Assembly (NCBI GenBank): GCA_035550735.1
Contig: DASZOM010000041.1
Coordinates: 4,216-68,215 of the forward strand
Direction: 5' to 3'
Length of the DNA stretch: 64,000 nucleotides
DNA from: Acidimicrobiia bacterium
GTDB lineage: Bacteria > Actinomycetota > Acidimicrobiia > Spongiisociales > ZC4RG35
Position 1 is the first letter of the stretch. The number at the start of each line of letters is the position of its first letter. Both the position numbers and the translations under genes were made by a program. Shown here in pieces: positions 28,592 to 37,981 of the stretch. The notes beneath the pieces were generated by a model that was given only the letters and a program-made list of their open reading frames with translations, was not told the origin of the DNA and did no database searches.

Positions 28592-31153
28592 ATGCCAAAG
28601 AGCCTCGTCATCGTCGAGTCGCCCACGAAGGCAAAGACCATCTCGGCTTTTCTGGGGTCTGATGCCACCGTCGAGTCGTCGATGGGTCACATCCGCGACC
28701 TCCCGCGATCGGCGGCGGAGATCCCGGCCAGCGCCAAAGGAGAGGACTGGGCTCGTCTCGGGGTGGACGTCGACCACGACTTCGAGCCGCTCTATGTGGT
28801 TCCCAAGGAGCGGAAGAACCAGGTGAAGAAACTCAAAGACCTGCTGAAGGATGCCGACGAGCTCTATCTGGCCACCGACGAGGACCGCGAGGGGGAGGCC
28901 ATCGCCTGGCATCTGGTCGAGGTGCTCAAACCAAAGATCCCGGTGATGCGGATGGTGTTCCACGAGATCACCAAGCCCGCGATCGAAGAGGCCTTCTCCA
29001 ATCCCCGGCAGTTGGACGAGCGGCTGGTCTCGGCCCAGGAGGCACGGCGAATCCTCGACAGGCTGTACGGATACGAGGTCTCGCCGGTCCTTTGGAAGAA
29101 GGTGCAGCCCCGGCTCTCCGCAGGCCGGGTGCAGAGCGTGGCGGTCCGCATCGTCGTGGAGCGGGAGCGGGAGCGCATGGCCTTCGTCCCCGCCGGCTAT
29201 TGGTCAGTGGAGGGCTCATTCGCCCCCGCCGACGATCTCGACAAGACCTTCCCGGCGACCCTCTACGCCATCGACGACGCCCGGGTCGCCACCGGCCGGG
29301 ACTTCGACTCCGACGGGCGTCCCAAGGCCGATGTCGTGGTGCTCGACCGGCAACGGGCGACCGATCTCGCCACCACCCTCGAAGCGGCCGAGTTCCGCGT
29401 CGAGTCGGTGGAATCCAAGCCTTACACCAGACGGCCCTACCCGCCCTTCAGGACATCGACGCTGCAACAGGAGGCGGGGCGGAAGCTCCGCTTCTCCTCG
29501 TCACGGACGATGTCGGTCGCGCAACGTCTCTACGAGAACGGCCACATCACATACATGCGGACCGACTCCGTCGAGCTCTCCGATACGGCGGTCGCCACCG
29601 CCCGAGCCCAGGTGAGCAAGCTCTACGGCGACCAGTACCTCTCTCCCACACCCCGGAAATACACGGGCAAGCAGGCCAAAGGAGCCCAGGAGGCGCACGA
29701 GGCGATACGTCCCGCCGGAGACTTCCTGACCCCGGAGCAACTGGCGGTCCGGATCGGCAAGGACGAGGCCGCACTGTACGACCTGATCTGGAAGCGAACC
29801 GTTGCATCGCAGATGGCGGATGCCAAGGGGGTGTCGGTGTCGGTTCGCCTGGCCGCCACCGCCGACGGCGGGGTGCGGGCGGTGTTCTCCGCATCGGGCC
29901 GCACAGTCACTTTCCCCGGCTTCCTCCGGGCCTATGTCCAGGGCAGCGACGACCCGGAGTCGGAGTTGGACGACAAGGAGTCGATCCTTCCTCCGTTGTC
30001 CGAAGGGGACCCGCTCGCAGTGGAGCGTCTCGAGCCCACCGGGCACGAGACCCGGCCGCCGGCTCGGTACACGGAGGCCTCGTTGGTGCAAAAGCTCGAG
30101 GAGCTTGGGGTGGGTCGCCCGTCCACGTACGCCTCGATCATGACCACGATCCAGGACCGCGGCTACGTGTTCAAGAAGGGCGCGGCCCTCGTCCCCACCT
30201 TCACCGCCTTCGGTGTGGTGACGCTCCTGGAGAAGCACTTCCCCAACCTCATCGACTACGAGTTCACCGCCGAGATGGAGTCCGACCTGGACCGGATCGC
30301 CAGCGGTGAGGAGGAATCGGTGCCCTGGCTGTCCGCCTTCTACTTCGGCGACGACGGTCTCAAGGCGAGGGTGGCGAGTCGTCTCGACGAGATCGACCCG
30401 AGGGTGATCAACTCCATCCCGATCGGCACCGACGACGAGGGGACGGAGATCGTCGCCCGCATCGGGCGCTACGGGCCCTATGTCGAGCGTGGCGAGGAGC
30501 GGGGATCGATCCCGCCCGACTTGGCTCCTGACGAGGTCACCGTGGAGAAGGCACTCGAGCTCATCGAGACGCAGAACCGGGGTGACAAGATCTTCGGCAC
30601 CGACCCGGAGAGCGGGCTCACCGTCTACGGGAAGACCGGTCGATTCGGGCCCTATGTCCAGCTCGGCGAGCAGGAAGAGGGATCGAAGGAGCGGCCGAAG
30701 CGCGCCTCGTTGCTCAGTGGGACGACCATCGACGAGCTCGGGCTCGAGGACGCCTTGAGATTGCTGTCCCTCCCCCGCACCGTGGGAACCGACGAGCAGG
30801 GTCAGGAGATCCTCGCCTTCAACGGCCGATACGGCCCCTACATCCAGAGAGGTGACGATCGGCGCAGCCTGGAGGGCGAGGACCAGCTGTTCAGCCTCAC
30901 CGAGGAGGAGGCATTGCGACTACTCGCCGAGCCGCCTCGCCGTCGCGGCCAGGCCCGGTCGTCGAGTGTGCGCGAGCTCGGCGAGGACCCGGTCTCGGGC
31001 AAGAAGGTGTCGGTTCGATCCGGCCGCTACGGCCCCTACGTCACCGACGGCGAGGTCAATGCCTCCCTGCGCAGGGACGACTCACCGGAGGAGATCAGCA
31101 TCGAGCGCGCCGCCGAGCTGTTGCAGGCGCGGCGTGAACGCATCGGCAGCTAG
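28592..31153 (+). CDS. topA: DNA topoisomerase I
   Basis: Toprim (LVIVESPTKAKTI), catalytic Tyr region and four C-terminal GRYGPY repeats typical of actinobacterial TopA. ATG at 28592. Confidence 0.95.
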   Translation: MPKSLVIVESPTKAKTISAFLGSDATVESSMGHIRDLPRSAAEIPASAKGEDWARLGVDVDHDFEPLYVVPKERKNQVKKLKDLLKDADELYLATDEDREGEAIAWHLVEVLKPKIPVMRMVFHEITKPAIEEAFSNPRQLDERLVSAQEARRILDRLYGYEVSPVLWKKVQPRLSAGRVQSVAVRIVVERERERMAFVPAGYWSVEGSFAPADDLDKTFPATLYAIDDARVATGRDFDSDGRPKADVVVLDRQRATDLATTLEAAEFRVESVESKPYTRRPYPPFRTSTLQQEAGRKLRFSSSRTMSVAQRLYENGHITYMRTDSVELSDTAVATARAQVSKLYGDQYLSPTPRKYTGKQAKGAQEAHEAIRPAGDFLTPEQLAVRIGKDEAALYDLIWKRTVASQMADAKGVSVSVRLAATADGGVRAVFSASGRTVTFPGFLRAYVQGSDDPESELDDKESILPPLSEGDPLAVERLEPTGHETRPPARYTEASLVQKLEELGVGRPSTYASIMTTIQDRGYVFKKGAALVPTFTAFGVVTLLEKHFPNLIDYEFTAEMESDLDRIASGEEESVPWLSAFYFGDDGLKARVASRLDEIDPRVINSIPIGTDDEGTEIVARIGRYGPYVERGEERGSIPPDLAPDEVTVEKALELIETQNRGDKIFGTDPESGLTVYGKTGRFGPYVQLGEQEEGSKERPKRASLLSGTTIDELGLEDALRLLSLPRTVGTDEQGQEILAFNGRYGPYIQRGDDRRSLEGEDQLFSLTEEEALRLLAEPPRRRGQARSSSVRELGEDPVSGKKVSVRSGRYGPYVTDGEVNASLRRDDSPEEISIERAAELLQARRERIGS

Positions 31154-31154
31154 C

Positions 31155-32462
31155 TCAGAGGACGGTGGCGGCCAGCTCGGCGAGTGGGGAGCGGACCGAG
31201 CGCTCCAGGGTGATGTGGGCGAACATCGGGGAGTCCTTGAACCGTTCGATGAGGGCGGCCATGCCCCCGTACGGCGAGATGTAGGGATTGTCCACCTGGG
31301 TCAGGTCTCCGCAGAACACCACCTTGGAGTCCCGTGACATCCGGGTGAGTATCACCTTGAGTGTCGACAGCTCCAGGTTCTGCGCCTCGTCGACGATGAC
31401 GAACTCCCCGGTGATGCTCCGACCACGCAGATAGGTGACGGCGGCCATCTCCAGCTCGCCCCTCTCGAGCAATTCCTCGATCGCATGACGGGCGCCATCC
31501 ACACCGGCGTCCGAGAACAGTGCGAAGAGGTTGTCGTGAACCGCCGCCATCCAGGGCGCCAGCTTCTCGGAGAGATCACCTGGCAGATAGCCCATCTCCT
31601 GGCGGCCCACCGCCACCAGGGGGCGGTACACGGACACCCGCCGATAGCGCCGCTGCTCGAGCACCTGCTCCAGTGCCGCCGCCAGGGCGAGGAATGTCTT
31701 GCCGGTCCCGGCCATACCCATCAACGACACCGCGGGGACGTCGGGATCGAGCAGCTGGTGGAGTGCGACGGTCTGGTGGAGGTTCTTGGGCTCGACGCCG
31801 AAGGCGCGCACGTGGCTCGGCATCCGCTCGACCACCGCGATGGGGTCTGCCTGGATGACCCTGGCGAGTGCCGAGCGCGAGGTGCCGCTCCTCAGGACGA
31901 CGAACTCGTTGACCGGTGCATCCACCTCATCGATCTCGAGCTTGCCCTCGTCGTAGAGACGGTCGATGGTCTCACCGTCGACCTCGTGCTCGACGACACC
32001 GGAGTGCATCTGGTCCGCCTGCACCGTGTCGGCCCGGTAGTCCTGCACGGTCACGCCGAGTTGCGCCCCCTTGATCCGCAGGGAGGCGTCCTTGGTGACC
32101 AGAACGGCGTCGGTGCTCTCACTGAGGTTGAGACACGTGGCGAGGATCCGATGGTCGGGGGAGGTCGGATCGAGGACGGCGGGCAACCGCTCCGAGACGA
32201 CGCCGTTGAGCTCGATGCGAAGAGTCCCGCCTCCGGGGAGCGCCACCGGGTCGCGCATCCCACCGGCGGCGGAGGCGCCGAGCTCCTCGAGAAGGCGGAT
32301 CGCCCCCCGGGCATTGGCCCCGACCTCGTCGAGACGGGTCTTCTTCCGATCGAGCTCCTCGACCACCACCAGGGGCAGCACGACATCGTTGTCGTCGAAT
32401 CGGGTGAGGGAGTGGGGGTCGGCGAGGAGGACGCAGGTGTCGAGGACGTAGGTGGATGCCAC
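31155..32462 (-). CDS. PhoH2 (PIN-domain RNase fused to PhoH-like ATPase)
   Basis: N-terminal PIN (YVLDTCVLL) and Walker A GMAGTGKTFLA. GTG start with AAGGAG SD. Confidence 0.85.
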   Translation of the reverse strand: MASTYVLDTCVLLADPHSLTRFDDNDVVLPLVVVEELDRKKTRLDEVGANARGAIRLLEELGASAAGGMRDPVALPGGGTLRIELNGVVSERLPAVLDPTSPDHRILATCLNLSESTDAVLVTKDASLRIKGAQLGVTVQDYRADTVQADQMHSGVVEHEVDGETIDRLYDEGKLEIDEVDAPVNEFVVLRSGTSRSALARVIQADPIAVVERMPSHVRAFGVEPKNLHQTVALHQLLDPDVPAVSLMGMAGTGKTFLALAAALEQVLEQRRYRRVSVYRPLVAVGRQEMGYLPGDLSEKLAPWMAAVHDNLFALFSDAGVDGARHAIEELLERGELEMAAVTYLRGRSITGEFVIVDEAQNLELSTLKVILTRMSRDSKVVFCGDLTQVDNPYISPYGGMAALIERFKDSPMFAHITLERSVRSPLAELAATVL

Positions 32463-32470
32463 CGGTCAGG

Positions 32471-32497
32471 TCTCCTTGGATGTCATCGCCAAGGAGA
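32471..32497 (-). promoter_or_regulatory. 9-bp perfect hairpin in phoH2 5' UTR that sequesters its Shine-Dalgarno sequence
   Basis: tctccttgg-atgtcatcg-ccaaggaga. On the minus-strand mRNA the 3' arm CCAAGGAGA carries the SD 8 nt from the GTG and pairs with the upstream anti-SD arm. Confidence 0.5.
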
Positions 32498-32536
32498 CAG
32501 CTTCACTCGTCGGAGGTCGAATTACAAGGATCGGAT

Positions 32537-32965
32537 TCAGCTGCGATCGACGATCCGGAAGACCGGGAAGCGGTGGGCGAAGCGGGCGAAGTCGTCGTCG
32601 CTCGGGTCGTCGGGCAGGTCCATGAAGAGGCGGGCGAAAGCCTCCCGCTCGTAATAGGCACGGACCAGGTCGGGTCGTTGGCCGGTGACCTCGACCAGCT
32701 CGACCGGCTTTTCGGGACCGCCGCGGCGCAAGCCGACCCGGGGGTGCGCCCTGACGTTGCGCACCCATCCTGACTCCCCGTATGGCGAGACCAGGTAGTC
32801 CCCTTCGGCGTCGGAGATCGGCGAGACCGTCACCCGGCGGGGTTGGCCCGAGCGTCTTCCCACCATGGACAGCACGGCGAAGTTGCCCAGGCCGGCCCGA
32901 GCCGCCTGCCCCATGAGCCAGGACACCATCCGCTTGGCCGGGGTGACCTCGTACTGCCTTGCCAC
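32537..32965 (-). CDS. deazaflavin(F420)-dependent nitroreductase family protein (Ddn/DUF385-like)
   Basis: Small split-barrel protein with the Ddn-family sequence pattern. GTG start. Confidence 0.65.
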   Translation of the reverse strand: MARQYEVTPAKRMVSWLMGQAARAGLGNFAVLSMVGRRSGQPRRVTVSPISDAEGDYLVSPYGESGWVRNVRAHPRVGLRRGGPEKPVELVEVTGQRPDLVRAYYEREAFARLFMDLPDDPSDDDFARFAHRFPVFRIVDRS

Positions 32966-32974
32966 CTGCTGAAT

Positions 32975-34705
32975 CTAGGCACGGCGCCGACGCACCCAGC
33001 CAAGGAAATCCTCCGGCTCCCGGGTGTTGACGACCCTCTCGTTGGTCACCCATGCCCGCTGGGCGTAGAGCACTCCGAAGTCCATGCGACGCAGATCCGA
33101 CACGTGATGGGAGTCGGTGTCGATGACGACGTCGACCCCGAGGGCCATCGCCTGACGGGCCACTTCGGTGGTGGCATCGAGACGGTCGAGCGCACCGTTG
33201 ATCTCGAGGGCCACCCCGGTGACCGCCAGGCCTTCGAGCACCGGCTCCACGTCGAGCTCCACACCGGGGCGACGGCCGACGTACCGCCCGCTGAGATGAC
33301 CGATGGCGTTGACCGCAGGGTCGGCGAGGGCGGTGAGGATTCGGGCGGTCTGGCGCTCCTTGGGCAGGTCGAAATGGGAGTGGATCGAGGCGACGCAGTA
33401 GTCGAACTCGAGACGGAAGCCGGGGTCGTAGTCGAGCTCCCCGTCGGGGCCGATGTTGAGCTCGCAGCCGAACAGGACGGTGATCTCGGGATTGGCCTCG
33501 TCCAGCTTCCTGATTCGGTCGCGGTGAGCGAGCATCTCCTCGCGTGTCGACCCGTTGATCGCCAGGTTCTCGCCATGGTCGGTGAAAGCGACATACCGGT
33601 AGCCGGCCTCGATCGCCGCCTCCAGCATCTCCTCCAACCCGGATCTGCCGTCACCGGAGCGGTCGCAGTGGAAGTGGAGGTCGCCCTGGATCCGGTCACG
33701 GGTGACCAGATCGGGGAGACCCTCCCCCGCCGCCAGCTGCACCTCCCCGCCGCCTTCGCGCATCGTCGGGGGGATCGGCTGCAGCCCGAGGGCGGCGTAG
33801 ATGTCGGCCTCCGTGTTCGAGGCCAGGACCTCGTCACCTTCGAACAGCCCGTACTCACTGAGCAGCCATCCCCGGTCGAGGGCGCGCTGGCGCAACTGGA
33901 TGTTGTGGGTCTTGGAGCCGGTGAAATAGAGGAGGGCCGACCCCAGCTGGTCGGGATGGACCGTGCGCACGTCCACCTGGAGGCTCTCCCTGGTGAGAAA
34001 GGAGGTCTTGGTCTCTCCCGACCCGACCACCTCCGCAACCTCGGGCATTCCCAACACCGTCTGGTGGACGGTCGCCGGCTCGGTGGTGCCGACGACGAGG
34101 TCGACGTCGCCGACCGTCTCCGAGAAACGGCGCATCGAGCCGCAGGGAACCGCCGAGGTCACCCCGGGAATGCCCTCGATCCGCTTCGCCAGGCCATGGG
34201 CGAATCCGTAGACCTCGACGAGGGGGGTGCGCCGGTCCTTTCCGTGCATCCCGAGACGCTCGATCGCCTTCCGAATCTTCTCCTCGGACTTCTCCCCCAG
34301 CCCGGGAAGATCACGGAGGCTCTCGGACTCGATCGCCTCCCGCAGACCGTTGATGTCCTCCACCCCGAGCCGCTCACGGATCATCAACAGCGTTTTGGGC
34401 CCGAGCCCGGGGATCTTGGTCAGCTCCACGAACGACGGCGGGTACTTCGCCCGCAGCGTCTCCAGCTTGAGCACCTTCCCGGTCTTCTCGAGCTCGAGGA
34501 TCTTGTCCGCGGTGGCGGCCCCCACCCCCTTGATCTGGGTGAGCTCCGCCTTGGTCAACCCGTCCAGCTCACCGGAGTGGGCCTCGATGCCGGCCACCGC
34601 GTTCTCGTACGCCCTCACCTTGAAAGCCTGCGGCGACCCCTCCTCGAGAGTGGTGAGCTTGGCCAGCTCGATCAGCATTCGAACCGCCTCGGAGCGAGTG
34701 ACCAT
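32975..34705 (-). CDS. DNA polymerase X family protein with C-terminal PHP phosphoesterase domain
   Basis: Pol-beta-like HhH plus nucleotidyltransferase GSMRRFSETVGDVDLVV, and a PHP domain (HFHCDRS..FTDHG). Start MVTRSEAV at 34705 avoids overlap with the tadE-like gene. Confidence 0.85.
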   Translation of the reverse strand: MVTRSEAVRMLIELAKLTTLEEGSPQAFKVRAYENAVAGIEAHSGELDGLTKAELTQIKGVGAATADKILELEKTGKVLKLETLRAKYPPSFVELTKIPGLGPKTLLMIRERLGVEDINGLREAIESESLRDLPGLGEKSEEKIRKAIERLGMHGKDRRTPLVEVYGFAHGLAKRIEGIPGVTSAVPCGSMRRFSETVGDVDLVVGTTEPATVHQTVLGMPEVAEVVGSGETKTSFLTRESLQVDVRTVHPDQLGSALLYFTGSKTHNIQLRQRALDRGWLLSEYGLFEGDEVLASNTEADIYAALGLQPIPPTMREGGGEVQLAAGEGLPDLVTRDRIQGDLHFHCDRSGDGRSGLEEMLEAAIEAGYRYVAFTDHGENLAINGSTREEMLAHRDRIRKLDEANPEITVLFGCELNIGPDGELDYDPGFRLEFDYCVASIHSHFDLPKERQTARILTALADPAVNAIGHLSGRYVGRRPGVELDVEPVLEGLAVTGVALEINGALDRLDATTEVARQAMALGVDVVIDTDSHHVSDLRRMDFGVLYAQRAWVTNERVVNTREPEDFLGWVRRRRA

Positions 34706-34751
34706 GTCGGTCAGGATATCGACCGGTCTCCCTCCCCGAGCATGCCCGGCG

Positions 34752-35138
34752 TCAGGGGTGGAGCCAGCGGGCGGGGTCGAATTCGGCACGGCTCGAACCC
34801 CTCACCGTCAGGCTGCCGAACACCGGAACCCGGGTCTGCACCGCCGCCACCACCTCGACCACCCGCGCCCGCAACCGATCGTCCCGGGCGCACTTGCACC
34901 CGATCAGGACGGCGCCGTTGGCCTCGACCACTGCCCGGGCCACGGTCCCCGGGTCCCCGTCTCCGGCAGGCGGATAGGTGGCCACGGCGGCGGCGAGAGC
35001 GCCCGCATCCGCCGCGGTCTGAGCGAGGGCCCGAGCGGCGTAGAGCGATGCGAGGGCGGCCACGGCGATCGCCGAGACGGCGATGACCGCGACCAGAGCG
35101 GTCATCACGAGGGTGGCCGACCCCCGGTCGTCCCTCAA
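34752..35138 (-). CDS. TadE-like pilus assembly protein (helicase/secretion-neighbourhood TadE family)
   Basis: N-terminal DDRGSATLVMTALVAV. TTG start overlapping the upstream stop. Confidence 0.55.
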   Translation of the reverse strand: MRDDRGSATLVMTALVAVIAVSAIAVAALASLYAARALAQTAADAGALAAAVATYPPAGDGDPGTVARAVVEANGAVLIGCKCARDDRLRARVVEVVAAVQTRVPVFGSLTVRGSSRAEFDPARWLHP

Positions 35139-35518
35139 CGCTCCACGAGCATCGTCGCCGACGCCGAGACCTCGAACCCGAAGTCGTCGAGGAACGGGAC
35201 CGGGAGGACATGACGCATTCGGGCGGTGACCTTCGCCGGTCTGCCCACTACACCCGGCCTGCTGACCGAGATCCGCACCCTGTCGCGATCCGCCGGTGAG
35301 AGGGCGTCGCGCACCGCCGAGACCGCCCGCGCCGGGTCGGGCGTGGTCGCCGCCACCCTGGCGCCCTCCCGAACGGCCCCGAGCAACTCGACCTTGGTGC
35401 GGGCCACCGAGATCACCTGGATCCCGGCGGCCAGCACCACTATCAGGAGTGGCACGACGAGGAAGAACTCCACCGTGACCGACCCCCGCTCCCCGCTCAG
35501 AACGCGCCTGCGACCCAA
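35135..35518 (-). CDS. TadE-like pilus assembly protein
   Basis: N-terminal ERGSVTVEFFLVVPLL motif characteristic of the TadE/TadG family. TTG start. Confidence 0.65.
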   Translation of the reverse strand: MGRRRVLSGERGSVTVEFFLVVPLLIVVLAAGIQVISVARTKVELLGAVREGARVAATTPDPARAVSAVRDALSPADRDRVRISVSRPGVVGRPAKVTARMRHVLPVPFLDDFGFEVSASATMLVER

Positions 35519-35709
35519 TTGATCACCTTGCCGAACAGGTCCCCGAGGAGACCGCCCCCGCTACCCGACTGGATCCACTTGAGCGCGATGATCGCCAATG
35601 CGGTGGCCGCCAGGATCACCAGGAAGTACTCCACGGTGGCCTGGCCCCGATCGTCGGCGAGACGGGCCCATGCCCGGCTCCAGATTCGTGTCATGGACAC
35701 TCCTTCCAA
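35497..35709 (-). CDS. flp: Flp/Fap-family type IVb pilin
   Basis: Class III prepilin signal ...DDRGQATVEYFLVILAATALAI; about 50 aa mature. Confidence 0.65.
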   Translation of the reverse strand: MEGVSMTRIWSRAWARLADDRGQATVEYFLVILAATALAIIALKWIQSGSGGGLLGDLFGKVINWVAGAF

Positions 35710-35745
35710 ACCGGTAGCCGACCGGTGCGGGAGGAAGTGCGGAAG

Positions 35746-36300
35746 TCATCCCAGGACCCCGGTCAGCTCGGAGAACATGCCGAGGAGAGATGGGCCGTAG
35801 AGGAGGAGAACCAACCCGGGAAGCATGAGCAGGGTCACCGGCAGCATCAGCTTGACCGGCAAGGCCCGTGCCCGGGCGATCCGACGGGCCCGCTCAGCGG
35901 CGAGCTCACCATCCAGCATGCGACGCACCGCCCCGCTCAGCGATGCGCCGGAGCGTTGCGCCCTGGCCAGCTGGGCGAGCACGGGCCCGAGGGCCTCATC
36001 GGCATGGCTCAGCGATTCGGTCAGCCCGGTGACCCGGGCCACCCGCGCCACCGAGCGCAGGGCGCCGTACCGGGGCAGCGCCTGTGAGGTCTCGATGAGG
36101 CTGGCGAGAACGGACAACCCGGAGCGAAGACCAACGAGGAGGAGCAACAGGACGAGACGCACCGGCGGGTCCGGTTGCGGCCGGTTCTTCGCCCGGGCCC
36201 ACATCAGGGGCAGCGAAGCGCCGATGGCCGCCCCCAGAGGGCCGGCGACCACCAGACCGAGCGAGGCGGCGACGATGGAGCTCACTTCTCCGCCCTCCAC
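35746..36300 (-). CDS. tadC: type II secretion system F-family protein TadC
   Basis: Polytopic T2SSF-like membrane protein in the tad locus. Confidence 0.7.
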   Translation of the reverse strand: MEGGEVSSIVAASLGLVVAGPLGAAIGASLPLMWARAKNRPQPDPPVRLVLLLLLVGLRSGLSVLASLIETSQALPRYGALRSVARVARVTGLTESLSHADEALGPVLAQLARAQRSGASLSGAVRRMLDGELAAERARRIARARALPVKLMLPVTLLMLPGLVLLLYGPSLLGMFSELTGVLG

Positions 36301-36914
36301 ACCACCACGAACGCGATGCAGAGACCGGCCAGGAACAGGCCCAGACCGAGGATCGCCACCATCCGCTGCTGGGGTGACGCAAGGAGGTCGGCGAGCTTGC
36401 CCGAGCCGGACTGGCCGAGCAGATAGGCCAGAGGCGCACCGAGCAGGATCAGGGCCGTGGCGCGCCCGGGTGCCGTGGCCACCTTGACCTCACGACGGAT
36501 CTCCGATTGGGCGAGGGCCAATGCGCCGATCTCATCGAACAGTGCCGCCGTGTCACTCCCCGTTCGCGCCGCGCTGAGCAGGGTCAGCCTCAGCTCCTCA
36601 CCGATCTGAGGGAACCCTGCAGCGACGTAACCGGCCAGGTGCTCCAGGGTCTGGTCCGATGCCACCGCCAGCCCGCCAACCGAGACCGCGGCGCCCATCA
36701 CCGCATGACGCAGGGTGGCGCCTGCTCGGAGCTCGGACGCCACTGCCTCACAGAACAGCGCCGGACGCATGTCCTGGGCCGGACGGCTCCGCCAGGCCAG
36801 CAATGCGATCGCTGCGGCGACCACGACGGGCGCATAGGCGACGGCGGCGAGAATCGCCACGCGTCGCAGATCGACATCGAGGAAGACCGCGATTGCGAGG
36901 AGCAGGGGGATCAC
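36282..36914 (-). CDS. tadB: type II secretion system F-family protein TadB
   Basis: T2SSF-like. GTG start at 36914 overlaps the tadA stop (GTGA); upstream sequence in the table ORF is an alternate-frame run-on over tadA. Confidence 0.7.
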   Translation of the reverse strand: MIPLLLAIAVFLDVDLRRVAILAAVAYAPVVVAAAIALLAWRSRPAQDMRPALFCEAVASELRAGATLRHAVMGAAVSVGGLAVASDQTLEHLAGYVAAGFPQIGEELRLTLLSAARTGSDTAALFDEIGALALAQSEIRREVKVATAPGRATALILLGAPLAYLLGQSGSGKLADLLASPQQRMVAILGLGLFLAGLCIAFVVVWRAEK

Positions 36915-37981
36915 GCCGCAGCCTTCAGGTCCGGGGCGTCGGCGACAGCGACGATCTTGCGCTCGGCACCCACCCGCTCGATCTGAACCACCATGTCGAC
37001 GGCGGTGCGCAACTGCCTCCCCACCGCGGCCTCGGAGGTGTCCCCAGCGCTCAACGCCAGGGTCTCCAGTCGGAGGAGGGACTCCTCGGGGGAGTTGGCG
37101 TGCACCGTGGTCAGGGAGCCGCGATGACCGGTGTTGAGTGCCGAGATCAGATCGAGTGCCTCCGGCCCGCGCACCTCCCCGACGATGATCCGGTCGGGAC
37201 GGAGGCGGAGGGCCGAGCGGAGGAGCGAGCGGACCGTGATGGCACCGGCGCCCTCGGCGTTCGCCGGTCGGGCCTCGAGCCGGACCACATGGCCGGGAAG
37301 AGCGAGCTCGGCGGCCTCCTCGATGGTCACCACCCGCTCCGTCGGGTCGATGACACCGGCGAGCAGGTTGAGGAGCGTGGTCTTGCCTGCGCCCGTGCCG
37401 CCCGAAACCACGATGGTCTTCCGCATCGTCACCGCCTGGACCAGACGCCCTACCTGGGCCTCGGTTGCAGTGCCGGCGCGTATCAGGTCGTCGAGGGCTC
37501 CGACCCTCTGGGTGAATCGCCTTATCGCGATCAGCGGGTGGTCGACCGAGGCCGGCGGCAGCACCGCGTGGAGACGAGAGCCATCGGGGAGCCGGGCATC
37601 GACCATCGGAGATGCCCGGTCGAGGCGCAGCCCGAGCGGTGCGATCACCCGCTCCACCGTCGCCACCATGTCCTCGTCGGAGATGAAGCCGACAGGGACC
37701 CTTTGCAGACCTTGGCCCCGGTCCACCCAAACCTCCTGATGACCGTTCACCAGGACGTCGCTCACGTCGGGATCCTCGAAGAGTGCCTGGATCGGGCCCA
37801 GGCCCACGACGCGGTCCACGACCGCATCCACCGCATCGCGCTCCAGCCATGGCGCCTCGAGGTCGAGCATCCGGCGGGCCTCCCACGCCAGGTCGGCACG
37901 CTCGAACTCGGTCTCCCCAAGGGCGATCGCCCTGCTGAGACGTTCGATCACGCCCATGGCATCTCCCAAACCGGGCCCCAT
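36911..37981 (-). CDS. tadA: Tad pilus assembly ATPase TadA/CpaF
   Basis: Walker A SGGTGAGKTT, Walker B, His box HANS. The 757-aa table ORF is a run-on; ATG at 37981 or 37957. Confidence 0.85.
   Translation of the reverse strand: MGPGLGDAMGVIERLSRAIALGETEFERADLAWEARRMLDLEAPWLERDAVDAVVDRVVGLGPIQALFEDPDVSDVLVNGHQEVWVDRGQGLQRVPVGFISDEDMVATVERVIAPLGLRLDRASPMVDARLPDGSRLHAVLPPASVDHPLIAIRRFTQRVGALDDLIRAGTATEAQVGRLVQAVTMRKTIVVSGGTGAGKTTLLNLLAGVIDPTERVVTIEEAAELALPGHVVRLEARPANAEGAGAITVRSLLRSALRLRPDRIIVGEVRGPEALDLISALNTGHRGSLTTVHANSPEESLLRLETLALSAGDTSEAAVGRQLRTAVDMVVQIERVGAERKIVAVADAPDLKAAA

Noticed and set aside
32843-35086. 747-aa plus-strand ORF
   Set aside because: Antisense across the PolX and TadE-like genes; composition typical of non-coding high-GC frames.
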